Part shown: positions 28,501 to 36,761 of the stretch, piece by piece
Numbering within the stretch: the first letter of the stretch is position 1
Layout of the letters: each line of letters starts with the position of its first letter
Source: a virus
Reading direction: 5' to 3' (one strand)
Virus record (IMG/VR): IMGVR_UViG_3300045988_160931
Coordinates: 46,005-110,004 of that record
DNA: 64,000 nucleotides
Notes under the pieces: generated by a model
The model's input: only the letters and a program-made list of their open reading frames with translations
Told to the model about the DNA's origin: nothing
Databases searched by the model: none
Position numbers and translations under genes: made by a program

Positions 28501-31173
28501 AGCTAACGCAAGAGAACCATAGTATTTAACCATGCTTGCATTAGCACCATTTAACCCAGACAAGTATTTTCCGAGTGAAGAATTTCCTTCTCCAACAGCA
28601 GATACAAAATCTTTTTGTGACAAGCCTGTTTGCCTACATCCACTATTATATTCTTTAATAATACTAGATACGCTTCTAAAATTTTTCTCAGATGCTTTCA
28701 TCGCTACTTGTGACGAAACCATATTCTTAGAAAATGTCTCAGAAGATAATGCTCCATCTGCAATAGATTTCGCATATTCTTTAGCACTATTACTTGCACT
28801 CGCTAAACAAGATTCAAAAGCCTGACTTCTGCCTTGCCCATTCGCTATAGCCTCATTAAAACTATTTATTGCCGAAATATCAGAATTCAAACTAGCTGAG
28901 AAAGAATCTGTTATAATACCCTTTTCTTTGTTTCCAAAAGAACCAGTAAAAAGAGATTTCAGAGAATCCCGTTTTACTAAACCTTTATCCCCAATTGCCG
29001 AAAATGCAGCTGTAACAGCACCAACCAAAGTCGGTAATGCTCCAACTTTTTGGACAACAACGTCTAACGCACTACCAAGCTTAATGATAATATCTAATGC
29101 TTGCTTTAGACTGTCGGAATCGAGAAAATCCATAGAAATAGATTGACCAGTCGCTTTTAACTGATTTACTTTTGCTTCTATAGAATCCAAAGCCTTGCTC
29201 ATTTCTTTTTCAGCAGAACCGGCAGATTGATTCGCAGAAACATCAAAAGCTTCTCTTGCTTTATCCCAGTTTTGCATCAAAGCAGCAAATACATTTGCCC
29301 TATTCTTACCAGCTAAGGTATCTGTTAACTCAGCTTGTTGTAAAGAAGATAAACTACCCCATTTTTCAGAAAGTTCATCTAAAATCTTATAGGTAGACTT
29401 TAATTCGCCGTTCGTATCTGTAATGCTAATCCCAGCAGTTTCTTTCATCTTTTTGTTTAGAGCGTCAGTAGACTCAGCGACATTATCTGTTTCTTCGCCC
29501 AATTTTTCTAATTCGTCTTTATTCCCGATAAGACGAAGTGCTATGGTTTTCATACCATTGCCGACTTGTTCTGGGTCTTGTATGATTTCGTTTGCAGATG
29601 CAATCATCGCAATACTTTCATCTATATCATTCCCGGCTGTTTTTAATGCAGACGCAGATCGTTGCATTGCATCACCAATGCCACCACTGGAGATTGCAAA
29701 GCGATTTCCGATCTCATTGTATTTGTCAACGATACTTATTGCATTATCAGCTTCTATCCCAAAAGCTTTCATCGTAGAAATAACACTTTGCGTTGCATCA
29801 TCTACAGAAGAAATTTCATCACCTACAGTAGCATAAATATTTGCTACCTTAGCCAAATTCTGCGAGTCATCAAAAGAATATCCCAGTCTCGCAAAATCAC
29901 CAGTAGACGTTACAAACCCATCTACTGTCGCTCCAATCTCTTTTGCACTCTTAGATGCACTGCCTAAAAAGTTATCATAAGAAGAATCAGTTTCGTCAGT
30001 AACTTTTTTTAGCTCTGTCATTGCAGAATCAATGCTTTTTACTTGATCATACATTGATTTCACAATTTGCGTAGCACCGCCCATTAAAGTCGCAGCAGAA
30101 TAATACGAACTTAGTTCTCTTGCTTTTTCTTTAAGATCACCAAAAAATGATGTTGTTTTTAATCCTGCCTTTTCTGCCTCTGCATCTAACTCCTTAAACT
30201 CCTGTTGAATTCCTTTCAATTGGATTCCATCACAGGAACGAAGTCTTTCTTTTAGTTCGTCTATCTTCGAACCAAAAACATCGGCAGCTTTCGAATTTGT
30301 TTGTAACCAAGCGTCCATTTTCAAAGAAAACATCTGTTTTTGAGAAGCTAATCCCTGCATGGATGATGCCTGTCGATCGATATTCGCTGCTTGCTTTAAT
30401 TGATTTTGCGTCTGTTCGACTTGTTCTTTATATTTCTTCCAGTGATCTATTGCTTTATCAATATCACCAGAATCAAAGGCGCTTTTCATACCAGACAGAG
30501 ATTGCTTCGCCCCATCTAAGCTAGTTACAAGCTTCTTCCCTTCGTCACTCAACTTAACATATTTTGTAGTCAAGTTAGAAAGTTGAGAATCGAATTCTCC
30601 AAACCCAGTATTTGTACCAATAGCAGTTTTTAGATCGGCAATTCTCTGAGAAAATCTTTCAACTTTTACATCTGCTTTTTCAGCCTCTAATGCAAGGTTC
30701 CCAAGTTGAGTCTCAGAAAAACCGCCTTCAAATTCAGTTTTTAAGTTCTTATAATTTTCTTTTAATCCTTCGAGTCTTGCATTTACAGAATTTAATTCAT
30801 TTTCACTGCCACCCTTAAATGACAGCCTTAGAGAATCGACTTGCAATCTCCCTATTTCGGCAAGATTCTGTTTCATCTCTTTATATGCAAGATTTATTCT
30901 TTCAATATTACTAGAATCTGCCCCAGGGATATTTGATTTTATTCTGTTGTTGCTGTTTACTGATATTGACGAAACGCTAGGATTTATTGTTATCTTTTGA
31001 TTTGAAGAAAGATTTTTTATTTGTGATTTAATATTAGATATCTGTTTCTGAACATCGCTAGTGTCTAATTTGATCTTTATTGGGTCAACTTTTATATTTT
31101 TTAACTTTGAACTTATGCTATTTAGACTAGATTCATCAAGTTCTGTGCCTAATAGAATTTTGAATTCATCCAA
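22549..31173 (-). CDS. tape measure protein (2874 aa)
   Basis: Very long alpha-helical repeat protein with hydrophobic segments (LPTLVGAVTAAFSAIG, GTIALNVATAALNAILMAGISYAI) and the tape-measure-type motif GGELGEEIVVHGGHWQTIGENGAEFF. Confidence 0.9.
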   Translation of the reverse strand: MDEFKILLGTELDESSLNSISSKLKNIKVDPIKIKLDTSDVQKQISNIKSQIKNLSSNQKITINPSVSSISVNSNNRIKSNIPGADSSNIERINLAYKEMKQNLAEIGRLQVDSLRLSFKGGSENELNSVNARLEGLKENYKNLKTEFEGGFSETQLGNLALEAEKADVKVERFSQRIADLKTAIGTNTGFGEFDSQLSNLTTKYVKLSDEGKKLVTSLDGAKQSLSGMKSAFDSGDIDKAIDHWKKYKEQVEQTQNQLKQAANIDRQASSMQGLASQKQMFSLKMDAWLQTNSKAADVFGSKIDELKERLRSCDGIQLKGIQQEFKELDAEAEKAGLKTTSFFGDLKEKARELSSYYSAATLMGGATQIVKSMYDQVKSIDSAMTELKKVTDETDSSYDNFLGSASKSAKEIGATVDGFVTSTGDFARLGYSFDDSQNLAKVANIYATVGDEISSVDDATQSVISTMKAFGIEADNAISIVDKYNEIGNRFAISSGGIGDAMQRSASALKTAGNDIDESIAMIASANEIIQDPEQVGNGMKTIALRLIGNKDELEKLGEETDNVAESTDALNKKMKETAGISITDTNGELKSTYKILDELSEKWGSLSSLQQAELTDTLAGKNRANVFAALMQNWDKAREAFDVSANQSAGSAEKEMSKALDSIEAKVNQLKATGQSISMDFLDSDSLKQALDIIIKLGSALDVVVQKVGALPTLVGAVTAAFSAIGDKGLVKRDSLKSLFTGSFGNKEKGIITDSFSASLNSDISAINSFNEAIANGQGRSQAFESCLASASNSAKEYAKSIADGALSSETFSKNMVSSQVAMKASEKNFRSVSSIIKEYNSGCRQTGLSQKDFVSAVGEGNSSLGKYLSGLNGANASMVKYYGSLALAKAGTIALNVATAALNAILMAGISYAINGFISAIQKKTQAEKDARESAIEFGKTTSENVKQLEDSYIAAQKYAGTKQASEANKTLENTINSTNSALGLQVSAFDNAKSSADEYTKSIENSTKATLKESLVKLEQATKSAKDTLKDTFDGTFFNPQEGIQLSSIANQDKSTDIIKNLYVGKKYMGTTQNSPNGMSIYTLDISGKKSATKIADYYYSLIEAKDELTKKGEIESDEYKEIDEEITRLKNDVESYTKALYNQKKIEFESENGIPTTKEDYEKMLNYINSSANGMEALQNQLRVIASSEFGDKFATNIANDFNKVTKATDTQIKALRDSFKEQGDSSLSWFDSLSAGDKQLVYKISAETDDTSLWDLTKWEEELNRLKETGETTSESLSKFYDVMSNSDDGNFRSQIENSIDSITSLQDSLDKLDLGELSDSDLANLAMNYPQLAPYINDTDALRDSLENLIDDIKSGLDDSFQSQIEELGGESTVAGQAMLELQKAIQAINDTPFDISKETQGIENYKTAVNESVTATGLSEDSIKKIQARYRSLDGYNPNKLFERTVNGIHLNVSALRELESEYKTQKKTDLTSQIESMSEEYARLYKAMKNCTDTSKTIEYSKQLQELSEQIDSVSQLAAEYDGLTSSYNEWLNAQSTTDEDDMFSKISNGIENMQEQYDLGRVGTDDFRSWVQMMTNADMATASIADLEAMYEKGTSTIQRFFTDDRSGLENFVNDVKAISDELGKNWVNIDKDGNYHIDFGIGGDEEVANMLTEMDNLQISTQQVQILMRALSAYGFDINLDSLNTSVSLLESANEKLKSLGKTSVTFDINTTDIDNVNEQIKEAQSVFDSFKNDDGTININADGAKEAETVLSALITRKQELANPVVMAIDTSQLNDLSLSTQMTNLRMLLQDSNDYELNVSLGIDTSGLESKIQSIIPMLQTMPTEMKAKLGLDDADFQQALANIQNTKLDVGAEVNPNDIATVQQTINSISKEQLISVGVDESAVKGYTSTTAEKDGVTKFNVDSSEVDAYNPEDKNAKVRYSPDLTAVYRANANITDIQRTIYYNTEIVGSVPSGTTTTTAKSGKAHVNGTAYAHGNWGTKDSGVALGGELGEEIVVHGGHWQTIGENGAEFFKYQRGDIIFNADQTENLLKYGKITSGNKRGSAYAEGTAFSNGSGGFSRKVKSKSSAKKESNSSEKSSSSGKSSSSNSSNDSTKEAEQEEDKFEETLDWIEIMIKRIQSAISALDNQIGNVYRRWGYRNADIKRELGLVSDEIGIQQAGYERYMKQANSVGLSGDWARKVREGKIDIETITNEDLSNKIKDYQNWYEKAIECRDAIADLKEKEAELYKNSFDNISSEFDYYTSHVESLKNHIQSLISQEQSKGYIVSASYYERLMGEEQSNLTLLKAQRSEMQAAFDEAMDSGKIQKYSEAWFQMRQSIDEVNAAIDKSNESTLEYIKNIRQLKWDTNDLIHNTISDLSDESDYLINLMKDKKLYDDRGQLTNYGDTTMGLHVANYDIYYGSAQKYANEIKELDKQIEKDGSNKDLIDRRKELIELQQESILAAQDEKQAIVDMVKEGIQLELDYLQDLIDKYEDALDSQKDLYDYQQKISSHTSEISTLEKQLMAYQGDNSEETKATIQKLKVSLEEAKQDLKDTEYDRYISDQKDLLDEIYNEYEDILNARLDNIDNLMLDMIENANNNTQIISDTIKAESEKFGYNISSWFNGIFNDRVIDGGKYKEDKTFSYYEYGDNKKDSIFNSKTGQWGTSVAAMLNLITGYQKMISQREEWLKAFPGKTGKDFNNDLLNYIPILLSDLSDSEREKIIGSLSDIVSDVKENKQSGTSTSSTSSNLLNKSSTSVGNNDIKLLNGEILIPLGNDSGISSLADSSIGAFSLNNIQNIIEDGFLNAINTYGDANTKQVKNVINGGVDFNVTLPNVSNYEEFKTELQHDKNFEKMIMAMTTDRLFGGSSLAKYKRK

Positions 31174-31229
31174 TATATATCCCTACTTTCAAAATACATT
31201 TGCAGTATAAGGATATATACTGCAAACAT

Positions 31230-32300
31230 TTATTCTTTTACATTATTTTCTTTTCGTATGTCATCTATTTCGTTTTGTATTAGTTCCGTTTCTAATGCAG
31301 CACGAAGCTTTTCTAAGCCTTTCCATTTCATATCTTTTGCAGTTGTGTCATTATAGATATCGACAAGCTGATCGGAACTCCAATTCTGCATTTCTTGTAC
31401 TAATTGTTTTTCTACGCCAATAGACATCAAATAAGAAACCCAAAAATGGCGTATCGAGTGTGCGTATAAATGTTTGTTAAGAACAGTATCCCATTTTTCC
31501 ATCCATGATTTTATTGTCCCAACAGTAGCAGGCGTTCCATCATTTTTGATAAAGATGCTATTATGTTCTTGATTATTCTTTCGCATAATTTCTTCTCTTA
31601 TTGGGAGATATGCCTTATAATAGGGGAGAAACATATCTTTGATAATATATCTCACGATACTTTTCCCATGAATTCCACGCCCTTTTACTTGCATTGATTT
31701 TGTAGTTTCCAAAAACAATCCCTCAAAAGCTACTGAATTCTCATCAATCATGTCTGTCGTAAAACGAACTAATTCGCTTAATCTTGCACCGCTTGCCATC
31801 ATCAAAGCCAATAAACACTGTTCGTTGGGCTTATTTTTCTCCCCAAGCCATTTCATAAGAATATCAAGTTCTTCTTTTTTGAAGATAGATTTTTCTCTAA
31901 CCGTTTGCTTTGGCAATTTTTCTATCTTTTTTACGTTGTTCCTAAAATTAGGATATTTTTCATCTAAATACATTTCGATAAAATTAGAAAGACTACTCAA
32001 AGAAGAGTGCATCTGCGCAAAACGATTTGCAGACCATTTTAGATCAGTTACACAATAATCAAAAAAATCTAAGAACGTATATTTTTTGATATCTACAAAA
32101 GATTCATTATCAGCATACAATACGACCCAACATAAGAAAATCTGAAAATTAGACTGATACACCTTTACTGATTTTGGCGATCTCTTAGTAGCAAAATTTT
32201 TTAGAAATCTGTCTACAATCTTTTGACTTTCTGGGTTTATCTGTGCGACCAATTCTGGTGAGGTTATCTTTTTTCGAAAGGTTTTTCTTCCATTACTCAT
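31230..32300 (-). CDS. tyrosine recombinase (XerC/D-like), second copy in the window
   Basis: ASGARLSELVRFT (Arg), HSIRHFWVSYL (HxxR) and a C-terminal ...LVDIYND (Tyr). SAM-like N-terminal domain. Confidence 0.8.
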   Translation of the reverse strand: MSNGRKTFRKKITSPELVAQINPESQKIVDRFLKNFATKRSPKSVKVYQSNFQIFLCWVVLYADNESFVDIKKYTFLDFFDYCVTDLKWSANRFAQMHSSLSSLSNFIEMYLDEKYPNFRNNVKKIEKLPKQTVREKSIFKKEELDILMKWLGEKNKPNEQCLLALMMASGARLSELVRFTTDMIDENSVAFEGLFLETTKSMQVKGRGIHGKSIVRYIIKDMFLPYYKAYLPIREEIMRKNNQEHNSIFIKNDGTPATVGTIKSWMEKWDTVLNKHLYAHSIRHFWVSYLMSIGVEKQLVQEMQNWSSDQLVDIYNDTTAKDMKWKGLEKLRAALETELIQNEIDDIRKENNVKE

Positions 32301-32313
32301 ATTATCACCACCT

Positions 32314-32775
32314 TTATCTTATCGGTATTCCAGCAGAAATAAGAGAATCTTTAAGTACTTTTATTGCCTCTTGGTTTAATTTAGCAATTGCTTCTAAATA
32401 AATCCCATTGCCGCCAGCAGGGGAGTATCCACCGTGAGGAGAACCAGATGTCATAGTAACATTAAGAACTGTTTCAGCTGACCATCCATGATTGGGATAC
32501 TCTTTTCCGTTTACCATTTTCATATAATAATCCAAACGGCTCGCATCAAAATATACAGTTGCTGTTACACTATTCCCGATTATTTGAATATCAGACTTTA
32601 TAAGAGACTGATATAATTGATAAGTACGTTCATATTGGACAGGTGAGTATCCAGCATAAAACTCTTTCACAAATGTATTAACTATCTGATACACTTTCGA
32701 TTGCGCTTGAATCATAGCTGATTCACTTTTCTTTAGAATATATGATTTTAATTCTTTTGCACTCTTAAATGTCAT
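32314..32775 (-). CDS. hypothetical tail-module protein
   Basis: 153-aa ORF, co-oriented and tightly packed. Confidence 0.45.
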   Translation of the reverse strand: MTFKSAKELKSYILKKSESAMIQAQSKVYQIVNTFVKEFYAGYSPVQYERTYQLYQSLIKSDIQIIGNSVTATVYFDASRLDYYMKMVNGKEYPNHGWSAETVLNVTMTSGSPHGGYSPAGGNGIYLEAIAKLNQEAIKVLKDSLISAGIPIR

Positions 32776-32777
32776 TG

Positions 32778-33335
32778 TTATTCTTTATTATCTGAATGGA
32801 TTTCCTTATAAGCATCAGAATTCATATAAGACTCTACAATAGAATCAGATGTAATTCCGTTTGCATTCTCACTGAACGCTTTTGCAAAAGACATAATTTC
32901 ATCAATATCCACAGATTCTACCTGCCCAATAATCTTTTGGATTAACTTTTCTAAAGACTTCTCAATTGAATAAGTATGCACACCTGTTCGATACTCTATA
33001 TTGTCATTTACGACTGATTCAAGTTTCTCAATAAATCCATTAACGCAATTATCCTTTACAGTTTTTACAATATCTGTACTATCTAAAAAGGATTCAATAG
33101 CATCGATTTCATTCTCCGATTCGTCAATCTCAATAGTATCGACATCTGTCATAAATTTTACAATTGCATAGTCAAATACGATATTCTTCAAATGAGAATA
33201 ATAGCTATCTAAGATAATAGACTCTGCTACAAAGTTTACAAATTCGCAAATCCTGCTTGCAGTTAAACTTGTACGAAAATTAAAATCTTTTTCTTGTCCA
33301 TCCATAAAATAAGTAGATTTCATAATGTTATTCAT
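32778..33335 (-). CDS. acidic protein, tail assembly chaperone-like
   Basis: 185 aa, strongly acidic (DVDTIEIDESENEIDAIESFLD), located upstream of the tape measure. Confidence 0.4.
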   Translation of the reverse strand: MNNIMKSTYFMDGQEKDFNFRTSLTASRICEFVNFVAESIILDSYYSHLKNIVFDYAIVKFMTDVDTIEIDESENEIDAIESFLDSTDIVKTVKDNCVNGFIEKLESVVNDNIEYRTGVHTYSIEKSLEKLIQKIIGQVESVDIDEIMSFAKAFSENANGITSDSIVESYMNSDAYKEIHSDNKE

Positions 33336-33351
33336 AAACTAACCTCTTTCT

Positions 33352-33936
33352 TTAATTTATTTTATACTCTCTTATGTACCTATCAGCTAGTACATCAAAC
33401 GTATTACTTAAATTCCATCTATAACGAGTCCTTTTTATTTCGCCATGTATTTTTACAGCACCATTATTTATAAGATCGATTTCATTAAACGATTTCTTAT
33501 CCAATTTATTTATCATACCAACAAACTGCTTTATATAAATAGAATAAGTCCTCTGCATTTTGTTTTTCTCATCTCTAAAATTCAAAATGAAACACGGTAT
33601 CACATAATCAATCGTTGAATATTTTAATAGCCCATCTATTTGATGCCACTTAATCATTTTTGACGTATCTTTTTCATTTTCGCTCTCAAAAGACATCGAC
33701 TTAAATTTTGTAGACTTTAATTCCATAGGGAATAAAATTCTTGTTTTACTATCAAATACAATGAAATCACATGGGTTCTTTACAGAAAAAGACGTATCAT
33801 CTCTTTTTGTAAAACTTTGTGGCGGGTCTGGGATTCGTATAATTAAGCACCTTGATCTGTCAACTGATTTTTTTATATCTTCCTCAAATATTTTCCCTGT
33901 ATTTTTCATGACACGTTCCTTTTGCAAGAAAGCCAT
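33352..33936 (-). CDS. RecU-like PD-(D/E)xK Holliday-junction resolvase/nuclease
   Basis: NTGKIFEEDI, NPCDFIVFD...LFPMELKSTK (D...ExK) and IKWHQIDGL, in the order seen in RecU. Confidence 0.6.
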   Translation of the reverse strand: MAFLQKERVMKNTGKIFEEDIKKSVDRSRCLIIRIPDPPQSFTKRDDTSFSVKNPCDFIVFDSKTRILFPMELKSTKFKSMSFESENEKDTSKMIKWHQIDGLLKYSTIDYVIPCFILNFRDEKNKMQRTYSIYIKQFVGMINKLDKKSFNEIDLINNGAVKIHGEIKRTRYRWNLSNTFDVLADRYIREYKIN

Positions 33937-34121
33937 CTCTCTCGAAATTTTTCATGTGTTTCTTTCGTAAAAGCGAACACAAGTTTACCATCACTCCCAG
34001 TGAAAATATCAACTGGCAAAGCTCCCCAGTGAATATACTTTGAAATTTGATAAATATTCCGAAAGAATACGCAATCCTCAACGACATATTCTTTATTTGT
34101 AATTTCTGACTTTTCTGTCAT
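33906..34121 (-). CDS. small DUF5659-like protein
   Basis: 71 aa. VFFRNIYQISKYIHWGALPVDIF...GKLVFAFTKETHEKFRERW resembles that small phage/plasmid family. Confidence 0.4.
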   Translation of the reverse strand: MTEKSEITNKEYVVEDCVFFRNIYQISKYIHWGALPVDIFTGSDGKLVFAFTKETHEKFRERWLSCKRNVS

Positions 34122-34207
34122 ATCTCAAATCCTCTCTATATAGTAAAAAACGGGAAATATGAAACTATTAAATTCATGTAGTAACATACCTCCCATTTTA
34201 CTAAAAT

Positions 34208-34567
34208 TTATACTTCGATTTTATTTTCTTTATTTTCTACTTTGCGATTTTCGTTAGAAATTACAGTATCAGATTCAATTGCAGAACTTTGTTTTTTATC
34301 TTCTTTAAGGATTTCATCAATCTGTGCTTTTACAGTAGGGCGGAAAGAAGAATAGTTTTTAAGATCTAATTTCTTAAACTTCCCCCTCATTTCAGCTTTC
34401 GTATATACACCGTTTGAATATCCTCTTAGAATCTGAAACAGCTTAAAATGCTCTGACGTATCTGTATGTAGTTTCCATGGTTCAGCATTCATCTTGCTTT
34501 TGCAGGCTAAGCATAGATAATAGCCTTTTCCGCAAATCGCACAAGTGCTATTGTTTTTCTCAGCCAT
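34208..34567 (-). CDS. zinc-ribbon protein
   Basis: 119 aa with CAICGKGYYLCLACKS. Confidence 0.45.
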   Translation of the reverse strand: MAEKNNSTCAICGKGYYLCLACKSKMNAEPWKLHTDTSEHFKLFQILRGYSNGVYTKAEMRGKFKKLDLKNYSSFRPTVKAQIDEILKEDKKQSSAIESDTVISNENRKVENKENKIEV

Positions 34568-34580
34568 ATTTTAACCTTTC

Positions 34581-35366
34581 TTACTCAGCAACAACGATCT
34601 CAAACAGTTCGTCATTTGTCTCATCGCAGTAATCCTTCATCATAGTGAGTTCAAATGCGTGCTTACCAGTAGAAGTAAGTGCAAGTTCAATAGATTCAGG
34701 GTTTAATTTTGCCTTCGGGCAAATAACTTTACCGGAATAAACCTTATTCTCATTGCACTTGTCTTTGAAATAAGCGTAAATCACTACCATTGCAGCAGAC
34801 GGGAAGTCACTTGCGTTGTTTACAACACGGACTGCATTCTCAGCTTCGGTCTTGTATTCAACATAGAATTTCCCAGTAGTGTTACCAGTTGGCAGAGTGA
34901 TGGTCTTATTATCCTCATCAATCTTAAAATCTGTAGTATTTGCAGTAGTACCCTGTTTGAAACTCTTTGCTACTTCACCGGACTCCAGAGAATAGATATA
35001 CTTGACAGAATCCGCAATTGCCGCCTTAGAAAGTACGATTTTCCCAGCGTTTGCTTCAAGAATCTCATACTCATAGTTCGTAATCTTTGCAGTAGTACTT
35101 GCCACTTCTTTCTTAGAACCGAACTGTGCAGCAGCCAGATCAATAGAAAGCAGAGAATTTGTTGCAGAGAAAGTTGCCTTTTTCGCACGATACAGAGTAG
35201 TAATTACAGAACCAAGGGCATCTGTAACTTCCTCGCTTTCAGCGGTGCAATTTAGAGTGGGGTCTTCTATCGAAGTCAATCTAAATAGCAGCTCACCAGT
35301 TTCCAAATCAGAAAAACTCATTGATCTTACACGATCAAGGATAAGTTCATTTTTATTAAATGCCAT
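34581..35366 (-). CDS. major tail protein (putative)
   Basis: 261 aa; position, composition and higher GC are typical of an abundant structural gene. Strong SD. Confidence 0.5.
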   Translation of the reverse strand: MAFNKNELILDRVRSMSFSDLETGELLFRLTSIEDPTLNCTAESEEVTDALGSVITTLYRAKKATFSATNSLLSIDLAAAQFGSKKEVASTTAKITNYEYEILEANAGKIVLSKAAIADSVKYIYSLESGEVAKSFKQGTTANTTDFKIDEDNKTITLPTGNTTGKFYVEYKTEAENAVRVVNNASDFPSAAMVVIYAYFKDKCNENKVYSGKVICPKAKLNPESIELALTSTGKHAFELTMMKDYCDETNDELFEIVVAE

Positions 35367-35413
35367 ATAATTTTTCCTCCAATTTTATATTTGTTATAAA
35401 ATAGAAAAGTGGG

Positions 35414-36259
35414 CTAGTTTAGTTCACCAGCCCACTCTAACCTATTTCGATCAATTCCTTTAAGACTTGCAAAGCCAGAATATGCGCCTTGCAACAATAA
35501 TTCACAATCTTGTATTTTGCCAACACGTTTTATGTTGTCTAAAAACATTCCAATTTTCATATCCCATATTTTATCATCACCACATTGCCCACATTTTACA
35601 GTCAAAGCAGAAATCAAAGGAGTTAAAACACTTTTATATGGTTTGCTAGAAGATGCAAGTGCTTCATCTCTTGCGTCCTCAATCAAATCCATTTTAGTTC
35701 GCTCATTTGCAGGTACTTCGTTATTCCGTTTCAACCCATGTATTTTCCGAATAGCCTGTACTATTTTTTGATATACAACTCTATCAATACGGATATCATC
35801 CTCGTTTGAATATAAGATTATTTCTTCCGTATCCTTAATTACATATCTTTCAAAGTTACATAGATCTATTGGTTCACCATTTGACTTCTTTAGAATAAGT
35901 TTCAATGGGTTTACAGAAAAATCCGCAATTTCCTCTTCTGTTAAATTAGATAATGTTTCACTATACTTGTCCTTTTCTAATAACATATTTTCATACATTT
36001 TTTTCTTACTCGATACAAGCATAAAAATCAATTTAACAAATAAGTCGTAATCCTCAATTTCCGTATAATCAATTCCGCTATCCCATAATTGCCACTTCAT
36101 GTCTGCACCAACAGCAGTTAAATTGTAGACAGCACTAAAATACTTACGTTCACTAAACTCTTGTATTTCACCCAATGTGGGCTGAGACACCATAATCTTA
36201 TTGCTTACAGGAATATCTACACCCCTGTAAACACTCAAATCATCAATATCAAAAGTCAT
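35414..36259 (-). CDS. hypothetical neck/tail protein
   Basis: 281-aa ORF in the structural operon. Confidence 0.4.
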   Translation of the reverse strand: MTFDIDDLSVYRGVDIPVSNKIMVSQPTLGEIQEFSERKYFSAVYNLTAVGADMKWQLWDSGIDYTEIEDYDLFVKLIFMLVSSKKKMYENMLLEKDKYSETLSNLTEEEIADFSVNPLKLILKKSNGEPIDLCNFERYVIKDTEEIILYSNEDDIRIDRVVYQKIVQAIRKIHGLKRNNEVPANERTKMDLIEDARDEALASSSKPYKSVLTPLISALTVKCGQCGDDKIWDMKIGMFLDNIKRVGKIQDCELLLQGAYSGFASLKGIDRNRLEWAGELN

Positions 36260-36266
36260 AACTCTA

Positions 36267-36761
36267 CTAATCCTCTATATCACATAAAGAATCATTAAAG
36301 TCAAGTCCTTGAAATACAAGTTTTCGATAAACATAATCTGCCTGATAAGAACCTTCAATATTACTTATCAAGGCTAATTTCCCTATTCCAAAATCACTTC
36401 TTCCATTCAATAAAATATCAATTAACTTTGATATATAGTCATTTCTGTTTTCTGTGACCTTGGGTATATTGTCAACAATCATATGAGAAACATGAGATAT
36501 AATCCATATTTCAACTTGTGGCTGAATCAAAATTTTACTTTCGAAATTATACGATTGCGGTAAATGTATTTGAACTGTGAGGAACGTCATTACATCATTG
36601 ATTGTATTTGGGTTTTGATGATAATCGAATATACGTTTGCCTATTAAATCTTGTGGTTTTTTTAATTCTTTATAATCAATTGCGTCAATAATTTCTTTGT
36701 TTTTTATAAATTCTCTGATAATCTTATTTTTTGCTTTCCCAATGAAAGAACTGTTTGCCAT
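36267..36761 (-). CDS. hypothetical head-tail joining protein
   Basis: 164-aa ORF whose stop overlaps the neighbouring start. Confidence 0.4.
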   Translation of the reverse strand: MANSSFIGKAKNKIIREFIKNKEIIDAIDYKELKKPQDLIGKRIFDYHQNPNTINDVMTFLTVQIHLPQSYNFESKILIQPQVEIWIISHVSHMIVDNIPKVTENRNDYISKLIDILLNGRSDFGIGKLALISNIEGSYQADYVYRKLVFQGLDFNDSLCDIED

